A stretch of 64,000 nt of DNA from Mobula hypostoma (lineage: Eukaryota). The translations under genes and the position numbers were made by a program. Under the pieces are notes generated by a model, which saw only the letters and a program-made list of their open reading frames with translations, was not told the DNA's origin and searched no databases. Below, one piece after another: positions 38,801 through 50,959 of this stretch. The DNA is taken from contig NC_086097.1 in assembly GCF_963921235.1 (NCBI RefSeq), positions 185,692,001-185,756,000 on the forward strand. The letters run 5' to 3'. Each line of letters starts with the position of its first letter. The stretch's first letter is position 1.

Positions 38801-39750
38801 TCCTCTGTCTCTTCTTCTCTCATCATTTTTCGTCTTGACTCTTTGATCCTGGAGTCGTGCGGCCCTGGCCTCATCCGATTCTTGTTCTCTCCCTCTCTTT
38901 GCCGCTTCCCAACGATGTTTGGCGTCATCTCGTGACCATAATGTCCCCTTCCCTTTCCATGCGGCATAATTAGGCTGACCTTTTTTTTTTTAACCCTAAC
39001 GGTAGATAGAAGATACGAAGCAGTAACACCAAAGCCTCCAGGATGCTGATTATTCTTGATGACGTAGTTAGCACTCTCCTAAATGGACGTGATATAGTCT
39101 CCACTGTCCTTCGACTGCAGCAAAGGGTTTGATGGGTGTTTCAAAGTACGTCATTACAATAAGATTTAATTATCTCTTATTGATGGGTGGCAGTTAGATG
39201 TGTCCCAATCCTGCACATGCTGATGGTGATTAGCAGAATGTGACCCCTCGAAATAGAGCTGCCCTGCCCTTTTGCTTCGATAGGTGTCGCTGCTGAGGCT
39301 GGCCATGTGCATGCATCGGGCTGTTGTGTCCCGATTTCCATGATGGCAGATCGGTTCTCAGGTGAAAGCGAGCCTGTTGCTTTTGGCGAATGAGCAATTT
39401 TCTTCGAATATATAACCCTGAACTTTGCCTGCATTCTGTAAGTTAGCGCATTTTAATTTGATTTAGCCAAAAAAAGTGCCGCAGTAATGCACCGTTTGTG
39501 CTAATTGGAGGTCACAAACAGACAGACAGAGCATGAGAGTTTTAGTAGTATATAGATAGAGAGTGGTAAAACGTAGTACCAGGGATGTGGTAGATGTAGA
39601 TACAGTCACAACATTTAAGGGGCATTTAGATAGACACATGAACAGGCAAGGAAAAGGGGGATTTATACAATAGTTGGTTGGTGGAATTCAATTGGTGTCA
39701 TGTTCAGTTTAGACCTGGAATGCCTGTTTTGTGTTACATTGTTCTACATT
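35817..39750 (+). mobile_element. Degraded CR1 ORF2 sequence (EN to 3' end; possibly more than one copy), interrupted by a Helitron
   Basis: GQDWQL, IAGDFNFPHIDW, ILDLLL, SDH, VPGDWRIANV, KFADD and LEYCGQF; the 3' end resumes at 39557. Confidence 0.85.
38444..39556 (-). mobile_element. Non-autonomous Helitron (1113 bp)
   Basis: Minus strand A|TCTATATACTACTAAAA...short hairpin...TTGTCTAG|T (TC..CTAG ends in an AT target, no TSD). ORF 38626-38967 has R/E-rich repeats like a Helitron RepHel N-terminus. Confidence 0.85.
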
Positions 39751-39832
39751 TTATTTCATTTGCCAATTGATCTTTTGCATGGAAGTAAGCAAACATTTAA
39801 TTATTTGCATTTTATTAATTATACCATTAACT

Positions 39833-40487
39833 GGAAGGAGGAGAAGATGGCAGCGCGACACAGTGCGCGCGGCCGTTCCGAATGATATCATATGTGTTAA
39901 CTAGGATGCCGTGCACAATCCTGATTTGATGGAGACAGCCGTGAGAAGCACGGAGGATCACCTGGAGAAACTTCTGAAATGCCCGCTTCGTTGCCGCTGC
40001 TACTGTGCGATTGAGAATCTCCGGAGGGGAAGGCCCCAAATCCTCGGCTTTGCCTATTGCCTGTTGCCGGGGCTGGGGTCGAAGTGCTCGGCAGAGATGG
40101 TGCTCGGTGCTCGGTGTCAGAGAGCTGGTCGGAGGCTCGGAGTTTTCAGACAGACTCGGAGTTGGACTGTGGTCAGATGCTTCCAGGATGCTGCATCGGC
40201 AAGTTTGCAGCACTGGAGGTTCACCATCTGCGTGAGATGATAGAACTTTCGAGAGACTTTGAGACTTTTTACCGTGCTCATGGTCTGTTCTTTATCAAAT
40301 TACGGTATTGCTTTGCACTGTTGTAACTATATGTTAGAATTATATGGTTTTTGTCAGTTTTTATGTTGGTTTGTCATGTGTTTCTGTGATATCATTCTGG
40401 AGAAATATTGTATCATTTCTTAATGCATGCATTACTAAATGACAATAAAAGAGGACTGCATGTCCTCATAGTCTAATCTAATCTAAT
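39833..40487 (+). mobile_element. Non-autonomous retroelement with AAGATGGC head and (TCTAA)n tail
   Basis: Full-length paralog of 8499-9171; gacaataaaa..tctaatctaatctaat tail. Confidence 0.8.
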
Positions 40488-40512
40488 TAATTTTTAATTT
40501 CTCTTCCACCAG

Positions 40513-40586
40513 ATTCTACAATATGTGTTGATTACTTTCCACCGCTTTTACATCAAAATGACGTTTCATGGAACGAAGAGAACTGG
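40513..40586 (+). CDS. Host gene coding exon 3 (DSTICVDYFPPLLHQNDVSWNEENW)
   Basis: Acceptor tttctcttccaccag, donor TGG|GTAGGA, 74 nt (phase 1 to 0). Bridges exons 2 and 4 in frame. Confidence 0.65.
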
Positions 40587-40819
40587 GTAGGATTAATTCC
40601 ATGCTGATGTGTGTTCTAACCAGGTGTTAGATTGCTTCAGATTAAAAATATTAAAGACGAGGATGCTGCGTTTTTCTTCTAAACGAGATGAAGCTTTGTG
40701 TTATAAACAAGATAAAACCATATCATCATTTTTCATTTATACAGTGTAATTAACATACACAATATTTCCTTGAGTTTCAAAAATACAAGTAAGGAAATAA
40801 TATATTGGTGACTGAAAAG

Positions 40820-43800
40820 TTAGAGTCATAAAACACTACAGTATAGAAGCAGGCCCTTTAGCCCAATAAGTCTGTGTTGAACCATTAATCTGCCTAGTCC
40901 CATTGACCTGCTACCAAACAATAGCCCTCAACATCCCTCTCATTTATGTACCTATCCAAATCAACCCCAAATCCACCACTTACACTGGCAGCTCGTTCTA
41001 CATTTATACCACCCTCTGAGTGAAGAAGTTCCCTCTCCATATTCCCCTTAAACATTTCACCTTTCACCCTTAATCCATGACCTCTAGATCCAGTCTCACC
41101 CAAATTCAGTGGAAAATGCCTGCTTGCATTTACCCTTTCTATACTCCTCGTACTTTTGTATACCTCTATAAAATCTTCCCTCAATCTTCTATGTTCTAGG
41201 GAATAAATACCTAACCTATTCAACCTTTCTTTATAATTTACAACAATTTACAACATCCTTGTAAATTTTCTCTGCAATCTTTCAATCTTACTTACATCTT
41301 TCCTGTAGGTAGGTGACCAAAACTGCATAATACCCCAAATTAGGCCTCACCATTTCAAGATAATATTCCAACTCATACGCTCAGTACATTGTTTTATGAA
41401 GTCCAATGTGCCAAAAGCTTCCTTTATGACCCTATTTACCCGTGACGCCACTTTCAAGGAATTAGAAATCTGTATTCACAGGTCTGTCTGTTCTACTGCT
41501 CTCCTCAGTGCCTTAATATTCATCGTGTAAGACTTAACCTGGTTTGACTTCCCAAAGCGCAACACTTCACAGTTGTCTGCATTAAATTCCATCTGCCATT
41601 TTTTTCAGCCCATTTTTCTAGCTGGTCCAGATCCTGCTACAAGCTTAGATAGTATTCCTCGTACACCCCCAATCCTGCTGTCATTTGCAAATTTACTGAT
41701 CCAGTTTACCACATTGTCATCCAAATAGAACAGACCTAGCACCTATCCCTGCAGCATACCACCAGTCACAGGCCTCCAGTCAGAGAAGCAACCACATGGG
41801 AGGCTTCTTTGATGAAGCCAATATTTAATCCATTTTACTACCTTATCTTGAATGCTAAGTGACTGAACCTTATTGATCAACCTCCCATATGGGACTTTGT
41901 CAACGCCCTTGCTAAAGTCCATGTAGACAACACTACTGTTTTAGTTTTATCATCTTTCCAAGAAACTTCCTCAAAAAAGATTGGTTAGACATCACTTAAC
42001 ACACACAAAGCCATGTTGACTATCCCTAATCAGTCCCTTATATACTTATATATTGGGTCCCTTAGAGTACTTTCCAGTAACTTTCCCACTACTGATATCA
42101 GGCCCACCAGCCTATAATCTCCTGTCTTATTCTTAGAGCCTTTTTCGATTTAAGATGGCCCTGGTGAAGCACAGCAATGACTTGCCGGCAGCAAATAAAA
42201 CTACTAATTACTTTATTAATCACATTTTTTTTTCTTGAAAACTATCACTGCAATCAATAGCCTGTAATTTCCCTTTTGGAGCTGAGCTTTAGAATTGCCT
42301 GTACAACCCTGCATTTTTGTGCTGTGATCTGAAATCTCAAAAGTGCAAGACAGTTGCAGCATAGTGTGCACAGGCAGAATTGAAGTGGCAGGGCCTGGGC
42401 CCAAGAGTGAGGAACAATCCAATGTTTGACTGATTTAATCACCAGGCCACATTGGAAGGGTTGGACATGGGCTGATTCAAGGTGGTGGATTCAACTGGCC
42501 TGTGTCTGAGAGCAAGGAACGGCCTACTGTTTGGCTGATTTGATTGCCAGGCCAGATTGAAAAGGTCAGGGTTTCAGAGTCGGTGTTCATCTCGCTGCTT
42601 GCTGAGGTTTATTTGTTTCTGCACTAAACTGAGGCTGTGGCCTGCAGCTAATGGGCTCCTAGATCAGCTACAGTAATGACTGGCTTCATGGCTATGAACT
42701 CACTTTCATGAACTTCAGCTCTGAATGTTACTTGCTTACTTTTATTGTTTGCACGATTTATTTTTATCTGTGTGTTGGGTGTTTGACAGTCTACTTTTGT
42801 TAATGGGCTCTATTGAAATTCTTTGTTTTGTGTCTGCCTGTAAGGAGACAACACTCAAGGTTGTATATAGTATACATAGTTTGATGATTAAATGAACTTT
42901 GAACTTTAAACAACAGAACAACCGTAACTGCCCTCCAATCCACCAGCACTTCACCCATGGCTAAGATGTTTTAATTATCTCTGCTGGTGCCTCTGCAATT
43001 TCTGCACTCACCTCCCACAGGATATGAGGAGCACCTTGTCAGGCCCTAGTGTTTTAATTTGCCTGAAGACAGCAAACAGTTCCTCCTCTGCAATCTGTAT
43101 AGGTTTCATGAACGCATTGCTGCATTTCCTTACATCTATAGACTTTGCGTCCGTCTCACGAGTAAATACAGATGAAAAAAAAGTTTAAAATTTTCCCCAT
43201 CTCTTTTGGCTCTGATCTTCCAGAATACCAATTTTATTCCTTGCTATCCTTTTGTTGTTAAAACAACTGTAGAAGCTGTTAGAATTCTTTTTCACCTTGT
43301 CTGCTACAGCGATCCAATGCCATCTTTTAGCACCCCCCCCCGATTTCCTTCTTAAGTGTTCTCTTCCACTTGTTATATTCCTCAAATACCTTATTTCTTC
43401 CTGCCTGCTATGCACCTCCTTATTTTTCTTAACCAGGGCATCAATATCTTGAAAACAATGGTCCCATAAATTTATTATCCTTGCATTTTACTTTGACAGG
43501 AACATAAAAACTTAGTACTCTCAAAATTTCACCTTTACAAGCTTCCCATTTGCTAAGTACACCTTTGCTAGAAAACAACTTATCTCAATACACACTTGAC
43601 AGATACTTCCTGGCCATCAAAATTGGCCTTTCTCCAATTTCAGGTTTATTATCACCGGCATGTGACATGAAATTTGTTAACTTAGCAGCAGCAGTTCAAT
43701 GCAATACATAATCTAGCAGAGAGGGAAAAATAATAAATAAAATAAAACATAGTAATAAATAAACAAGTAAATCAATTACGTATATTGAATAGATTATTAA

Positions 43801-44110
43801 AAAATGTGCAAAAACAGAAATACTATCTGGACCTGAGGACCAGACCAATACTTTTCCAAACTTATCATAATGACGTTATGATCACAAAGTGTTACCCTAC
43901 ACAGACTTCGCTGCCCTGTCGTGTTCCCTTCTCGGAGATCTAGTATCACACTCTCTCAAATTGGGACTTCTATGTACTGATTAAAGAAATTTTTCTGACC
44001 AGGTTTGACAAACTCTTTCCCATTGGAGTCCAGTTAATATATGGAAAATTAAAACACCTACTATTACAACCTTATATTTCTTGCAACACTTTTTGATCTG
44101 TCTACAAATT
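40820..44110 (-). mobile_element. Degraded CR1 LINE, interrupted at 42146-42907 and by a Rex1-type 3' tail at ~43640-43825
   Basis: LGIYSLEHRRLREDFIEVYK, RT and EN remnants, CR1 3'UTR at 40820. Confidence 0.8.
42146..42907 (+). mobile_element. Non-autonomous retroelement with TTTAAGATGGC head and (TGAACTT)n tail
   Basis: Splits the CR1 motif gagcctttt|aaacaacagaacaa; no credible ORF; short tandem tail. Confidence 0.6.
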
Positions 44111-46091
44111 TGAATTGAAGAGATTGTCTGAGCATTGTCAGTTCAGTAATAATGGGCTTAATGCTGCACTGAGAGATCAACTAGTTTCTGGAATCTTAAA
44201 GCATTCGGAAATGGCTCCTAACTAAAGCACAATTTACTTTTAAAAGAACCATTGAAATTACTGTATCAATAGAAACACCAGACAGAGACTCATTTGAGTT
44301 GCAGTCAGGAATGAAAGTGAGTGTGAATATAATTACAATGTCTGAACAGAAACTGGCCTGGCAGAATAAATGGTATTACCATTGTGGCAGGGGCTCACAC
44401 ACACCAGATTAATGCAGATTTAAGAATGAAACTTGCAGAAAGTGCACCAAAGTAGGACACATACAAATAACATGTCAGGCTGGAAAAAAAAGCAGACTGC
44501 ATAGGGAAATGATAAAGATAAAAAGTCAAGCTACATTTTCAAAAAGAGCACTAATGTGTATGTAGTTGGTGAAAAATCTGATAACGAGAGTGACACAAAA
44601 ATGTGTAGCTTTGAAGTTTATAGTGTGAGAATTAACAATAGAAAAGCAATATGGCTAACACCAAAAGTGAATGGCAAATTAATTAAAATGGAATTAGACA
44701 CTGGTTCAGTCATTCCACAACATTACCAGTTGAGAGACATTTGAAAGACACTGAACTGAAGCCTGCAGATATCCAACTAAGAACTTATACTGGAGAAAAT
44801 TCCTGTGGGAATGATATTCGTAACAGTTAAATACAACAACCAACAAGCCACGTTGATCTTCTATGTGGTAAAAAAACAAGAGGACCAGCATTGTGATTGG
44901 CTGAGACAACTACAACTTGATTGGAATCCTTCCACTATTTGCATGTCACATCTCTTGCAATGAAGCCAACTGAAATCAAATTAAGAAATGTACTGGATGA
45001 TGCCATAGCTGTCTCCAAACTGAACACCATGAATCATTGCGGAACAGAGGATAAACAGGTGTTGGTGCCAACCTTTGTGCCTCTATTTGGAAAGCATATT
45101 GGACCAAGTAAGGAAGATGCTGCTCAGAGAAAGCATGAAAGTGACCAAAGCAGTTGTCTGACTATAACAGTTTTTGTAGGCAACATGTCTGAAAAAACTT
45201 CTGATATGTTAATCAGGCAGTTACTTGTGAAACGTGGCTTCGTTTTAAGCTGGAAGAGAGTTCAAGGAGCCTCATGAAAGTTGCAAGCATTTGGATTTTG
45301 TGTGTATAAAGAACCAGAGTCTATTCTGTGTGCATTAAAATTATTGCATGAACTTCAAGTGGGAGACTAAAAACCTGCTGGTGAAAGACCAAAGCCCAGA
45401 TGGATGAATGGAAGGTAAAAAAGAAAAGAATCAGTGGAGATATGCAAACAGAGGATTTGCCAGATGATGTTGTATGTTGTATTTATGGAATCCAAGAGGA
45501 GAGATCAGATCATAAACGGAGCAAAAGAAGGATTAATAGGATAATAGCCCGGTGCACTAAATGCACCTTCCCAAGATCTAGATGCAGAAACTAGAAGAAA
45601 AAGGATGGAGAAGAAAGGTGTCCAGAGCTGTCAGAACCATTTCCTGAAGTCTCAAAGTCAACTCCCACAACCACTATGGAAAAACCCCAGAATCTGAGAT
45701 TGCTTTTACAGTCACAAGTCTCGCCTGCCAAGCAGAGTGATCCCCCTTGTCAGTAAAGACGTTATCCCACAAGAGTAGGGAATCCTCCCTAGCGATTTAT
45801 TATTTAGGCCCCAATGAGACAATCAAAAATTTACTATGTTGTGGGGATGTCTGTATATAGTAGTTGTATATTGTGTATATAGTTGAGATGCATTCTCTAT
45901 TGAGCTAGAGTTTATAACTTTGCTTGATCAAGCATTCTTACTTGCTTAAATAACTAATTATAGGTTATATGTAAAATACATGAATTGTAAATGTCATCAC
46001 GCTACCATCCGATACATGTATGCCTGCTTAAAGTAAACACGAAGTCAGTTGCATATTTCAGATGAGCATGTCTTCCTCTGAATTAGCTTAA
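44111..46091 (+). mobile_element. Ty3/Gypsy remnant (gag zinc knuckles, protease, pol C-terminal tail, partial 3' LTR) carrying an RBM25 fragment
   Basis: LSEHCQF..ALRDQLVSGI; CGRGSH..CRFKNETCRKC.KVGHI..C; KVNGKLIKMELDTGS; RYPTRV.NPP near 45760; LTR-like end ...TTACAAAACA at 46091. Confidence 0.8.
45058..45617 (+). pseudogene. RBM25: Intronless RBM25 fragment (RRM region; processed pseudogene)
   Basis: VLVPT..GKHIG..TVFVGNMSEKTSDMLIRQLLVKRGFVLSWKRVQGAS*KLQAFGFCVYKEPESILCALKLLHELQVGD..TKAQMDEWK.KKK..LNAPSQD matches RBM25. Contains stops and frameshifts and no introns. Confidence 0.92.
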
Positions 46092-46335
46092 TGTTTTGAA
46101 GTTACAAAACATGGCTGAATGTTCCATTTGAGGACAGGCATATTTTCCTGTGTAGATGTTGGGTAGTTCACAATAGTTTTCACCATCTAAACCAGTCACT
46201 CAATCCGGAAACAATGTAGCTACTCACGACCTTCTCTTGACCCATGGTGAGTATGTGTCTTTTTTTCTTGTGAGGTGCAGGAAGTCCACTGTGCAGAACA
46301 CTGCTGTATTTTCCTGATCTAGGAAAGCATAAGTA

Positions 46336-47950
46336 CAGTGCCTATAAAAAGTATTCACCCCCTCCCCTGAAGTTTTCATGTTTTATTGTTTTACAACATT
46401 GGATCACAGTGGATTTAACTTGGCTTTTTTGATATTGATCAACAGAAAAATACTCATTTTGTGTCAAAATAAAAACCTTTCTCTACAAAGTGATCTAAAT
46501 TAATTACAAATATAAAACACCAAATAATTGATTGCATAAGTATTTCCCCACTTTAAGTCAGTATTTAGAAGTTGCACCTTTGGAAGCAATTATAGCGTTG
46601 ACTCTGTGTGGCAAGGTCTCTATCAGATTTGCTCATCTGGGCACTGTAATTTTTCCCCATTCTTCTTTACAAAACTGCTCAAGTTCTGCCAGATTGCATA
46701 GGGATTGTGAGTGAACAGCCCTTTTCAAGTCCAGCCACAAATTCTCAATTGGATTGAGGTTTGGACTTTGACCTGGGCACTCTAGGATGTTAACTTTCCA
46801 TTCCTGTGTAGCTTTGGCTTTATGCTTGGGGTCATTGTCTTGCTAGAAAACAAATTTTCTCCTAAGTCACAGTTCTCTTTCAGACAGTATCAGGTTTTCC
46901 TCCAGGATTTCCCTGTATTTTACTGGATTCATTTTACCCTCTAACTTCACAAGTCTTCCAGGATTTGCTGCAGTGAAACATCCCCACAGGATGATTTAGC
47001 CATACCATGCTTCACAATAGGAATAGTGTGTTTCTTATGATGTGTGGTGTTTAGCTTATGCCAAACATAGCATTTAGTCAGATGGTTTCATCAGACCATG
47101 GAACTTTCTTCCAGCTGACTTCAGAGGCTCCCACATGCCTTATGGCAAACTCTTGCTGAGATTTCATGTGAGTGTTTTTCAACAGTGCTTTTTCTTTGCC
47201 ACTCTCCCATAAAGCTGCGACTGGTGAAGCACCCGGGCAACAGTTGTATGTGCAGTCTTTCCTATCTCAGCCACTGAAGCTTGAAACTCCTCTAGAATTG
47301 TCATAGGTCTCTTGGTGGCTTCTCTCACTTGTCCCTTTCTTGCACAGTCACTCAGTTTTTGAGGACAGCTTGCTCTGGGCAGATTTACAGCTTTACCATA
47401 TTCTTTCCATTGCTTGATGATCGACTTAACTGTACTCCAAGGGATATTCAGTGACTTGGAAATTTTCTTGTATCCATCTCCTGACTTGTGCTTTTCAATA
47501 ATCTTTTCACAGAGTTGCTTAGAGTGTTCTTTTGTCTTCATGGTGTAGTTTTTTTCCAGAATACTGACTCACAAGCAGTTGGACCTACCAGATACAGGTG
47601 AATTTTTGCTACAATCAATTGAAACACCTCAACTGCACACAGGTCTCTAAAAACAGATCTCCATTTAGTTAATTATGTGACTTCTAAAACCAATTGGCTG
47701 CACCAGTGATGATTTGGTGTGTCATATTAAAGGGTGAATACTTAAGCAATCATTTATTTTGTGTTTTATATTTGCAATTAATTTAGATCATTTTTTAGAG
47801 ATCTGTTTTCACTTTGACACAAAGGACACTTTTTCTGTTGATCAGTGTCAAAAAAGCCAAATTAAATCTACTGTGATTCAGTGTTGTAAAACAATAAAAC
47901 ATGAAAACTTCCAAGGGGAAGGGGGTGGTGAACACTTTTTATAGGCACTG
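46336..47950 (-). mobile_element. Full-length Tc1-family DNA transposon (1615 bp)
   Basis: TA TSD on both sides; ~200-bp imperfect TIRs starting CAGTGCCTATAAAAAGT; internal transposase. Confidence 0.95.
46558..47541 (-). pseudogene. Tc1 transposase, frameshifted
   Basis: MKTKEHSKQL..GYKKISKSLNIPWSTVKSII (paired-like HTH), [24 protein letters not shown], ending GATSKY*. Confidence 0.9.
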
Positions 47951-48653
47951 TAACCACTGTCTTGTTACCCTTCTTAGACTTCACTTGTACTGGAACTGTG
48001 GGAAGTTTGCACTCATGATCACCAGCCCCTGTAAGACCATTAGACTCCAGGGCACTACTCACTGCTATGTCTGATTCTTTCATGGTTTGTTTTGATTCTG
48101 CACCCTTTTTGTTAAAGTGAATATGACGTATGCTGAGATGCTTGCCACCTTTACTTTGCATGAAAGACACGTCCTTGCAGGTATGTCCTGTCAAAGTCAG
48201 GTTTACTCTTACATGTACAGGTGTATTAAGAAATTTAGTTGTAACAGCATCACAGACACAAAACATTAGAGACAAATCATTCACAAGCAAAACACAAATT
48301 AAGTATAAATTACACAATAAAGAACTAAATTAGAACAAAAATACTGCTGGATATTTAACTGCTAGTACAATTTACTAGGAACCTCTTAGAATCCTAGGTT
48401 CATGGAGCAGGTCCTCCAGCTCACTAAGACCATGCTGACCCATTTATACTATTCCTACATTCAGAAACCATAGAAAAACTACAGCACAGAAACAGGCCTT
48501 TTGGCCCTTCTTGGCTGTGCCGAACCATTTTCTGCCGAGTCCCACTGACCTGCACACGGACCATATCCCTCCATACACCTCCCATCCATGTATCTGTCCA
48601 ATTTATTCTTAAATGTTAAAAAAGAACCCGCTAATCCTGTGTTTTATTATTAT

Positions 48654-49614
48654 AATTCAAAATTCAAAGCACCTTTATTCTCCAAGTATGTATACATTAT
48701 ACAACATTGATTCATCTCCTAACAGGCAGCCAAAAACAAGGAAACCTAAAAGAAACCATAAAAATTACCTTCAAAATGCTAGAGCAACTCAGCAGACAGG
48801 CATCATCTATGGAAAGGAAGACAGTTGATGTTTGGGGCCAAAACCCTTCGCCAGAACTGGAGATAAAAAGATGAGTCAGGGTACTAGACAAAAAAAGATG
48901 AGTCCCTGGTTCCTCATCCTTTTTATCTCCAATCCTGCCAAAGAGTCTTGGCCCAAAACATCAACTGTACTCCTTTCCATAAATGCTGCCTGGCCTGCTG
49001 GGTTCCTCCAGATTTTGTGTGTGTTACTTGGATTTCCAGCATCTGCAGATTTTCTTTTATTTGTCGTCAAGCTCTCCAATGTGCAAAGAAAAGGAAAAAA
49101 AAACATCATGCAAACAATAACCACAAGAAATAGCTTTCTGAACTGAGATCAACAAAGAAAGTTCGAGACCCATAGATCAGTGCACAACTAAGTAAACATT
49201 GCAGAGCAGTGAGCTGAACTTTCCTGGCCCTTGCCTTGGGCCTTGACACCCTGACTTTTTCGATCTGGCCTGCTACTTAAATTGTTGTCCACACATCAGT
49301 TTCAGTTGCTTCAATATGCTCTGGGGCCTGGACCCCACCGCGTCGATTCAGTCTGTACCCAACCTTTTCAATTTGGCACATATTTAAATTGATTGAATCT
49401 CGGGTCTTCCTTGCTCTCAGCAATGGGCCAGCTGTCTCACCTCGCCTCAGTTCTGCCACATTGAATTGCTTCCAAATCCAAAGGGGAGTTACAGACTTGC
49501 TTGCGATGATTGTTTATCAGAAAAAGAATGATTAACGAAGTATCTAGTTGTTCTCCTTGTTCATCAGCTACCAGCCAGAAGTCGCTGAGATTCTCCAGTG
49601 CCATCTTAAATTGG
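48654..49614 (-). mobile_element. Non-autonomous retroelement with TTTAAGATGGC head and (TTTGAAT)n tail
   Basis: Head ccaatttaagatggcactgg resembles 42146; AATAAA plus tttgaattttgaatt tail; hosts a Penelope fold-back element. Confidence 0.6.
48772..49062. mobile_element. Degenerate Penelope fold-back pLTR element
   Basis: Inverted arms with decayed hammerhead cores; family 3' end ggatttccagcatctgcaga. Confidence 0.75.
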
Positions 49615-49813
49615 AATTCTCCCATATTTTCAGCAATTACCCCAATTCTTCTACTGACAAGGAGAAATTTATTGCAGCCAATTAATCTACCAACCTGCAT
49701 ACCTTTATGACGTGACTTGGGAAGAACTTGCAAATTCCACACAAACATCCAAGGATAGAATTGAATCTGGGTCTCTGGTGCTGTGTGGCAGTGTTTCAAC
49801 CAGCTGTTCCACA
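49615..49813 (-). mobile_element. HE1/V-SINE-like tRNA-derived SINE (5' part)
   Basis: Minus strand GTGGAACAGCTGG..CTGCCACACAGCACCAGAGACCCAGATTCAATTC..TGTGTGGAATTTGCA.GTTCT.CCC. Confidence 0.7.
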
Positions 49814-49889
49814 ATGCAGCCCTTTGAATTTTGCCTGAAATAGTTTTGAGGCCTCAGAGCTTTAAACAACTTTGGTTAGCCCACAGCTG

Positions 49890-50839
49890 GACTATTGTGT
49901 GTGATCTTGTCACCACGCTGTAGAGAAAGAGTGCAAAGGAGATGTACCAGTATATTGTTTGGAATAGAATGTTTCAGGCATGAGGACAGACTGAACAGGT
50001 TTGATTTCTTTCTGTGGAGAGACAGAGGCTGAGCGAGAACACAAAAGAAATACACAGTATTATAAGGGGCATACATACAGTGGATGGTGAGAATTTTTTT
50101 TCTCTCAACTGAGATATCTAACACCAGAGAGCACAGGTTTAAGGAGGATTAGAAGGAATCTAAGGATTTTTTTTTCACCAAGTGGGTGGTTGCGATCTGA
50201 AATGCACTGCCTAAGAAAGTAATGTACGCAGGTGCTTTCACAGCATTTGAAAAGTATCTGGACGAGCACTTATTTCACTAAAACCAAACACCAGTAGGTG
50301 GCATTGGAATAGATGATTGATGATAATTGGCATGTTGGGCTGAAGTCTTTTTCAGTATAATATGACTCTAACCTTGTTTTCTCATTGTTTCAGTCTCTAT
50401 CTCATTAGTTGAAATTGGGTTCACTCTTGTGACATCAAAGTACAGTATTCATTGTCTTTTAATTTGGATCAATCTGAGATATTGTAGTTATAATAACGTC
50501 GATATGATAGGTTGATTAAATAAATGTGAAGTAAACATTTTGGGGTCAATATAAAACAAATTGCACTAACCATTCTTTACACTTGCCTTTGGGTACAAGC
50601 TTACTCTGGCTTTTGGGCAGAGGTAATTCACAGGAATGATCTCAGGTATGAAAGACTTAATGTACGAGAGTATTTGATGTCTCCAGGGCTGTACTAGATA
50701 GTGTTCAGAAGAATTGGGAGGGAGGAGAAAATTCAAACCTACCAGACACTGAAAGGCTTGGATAAAGTGAACAGGGAGAGGATGTTTCCAATAGTGGGAG
50801 ACTCTAAGATCTGAGGGTACAGCTTCAGAATGAAAGGAC
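49890..50839 (+). mobile_element. Old CR1 3' fragments (49890-50370 and ~50590-50839)
   Basis: Degraded ORF2 C-terminal motifs. The second fragment resumes after 55087 (cccctttagaactgagatg). Confidence 0.65.
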
Positions 50840-50959
50840 CATAAGACCATAAAACAAAGGAGCAGAAGTCGGCCATTCGGCCCATTGAGTCTGCTCTGGC
50901 ACTTTATCATGAGCTGATCCATTCTTTCCCATTTAGTCCTACTCCCCTGCCTTCTCACC

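Larger units (their letters stand above)
46100..48190 (-). mobile_element. BEL/Pao LTR retrotransposon gag-protease fragment, interrupted by Tc1
   Basis: GAGDHECKLPTVPVQVKSKKGNKTVVT|YAFLDQ...TMGQEKVVSSYIVSGL...CELPNIYT joins across the Tc1 TA site. Confidence 0.75.
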
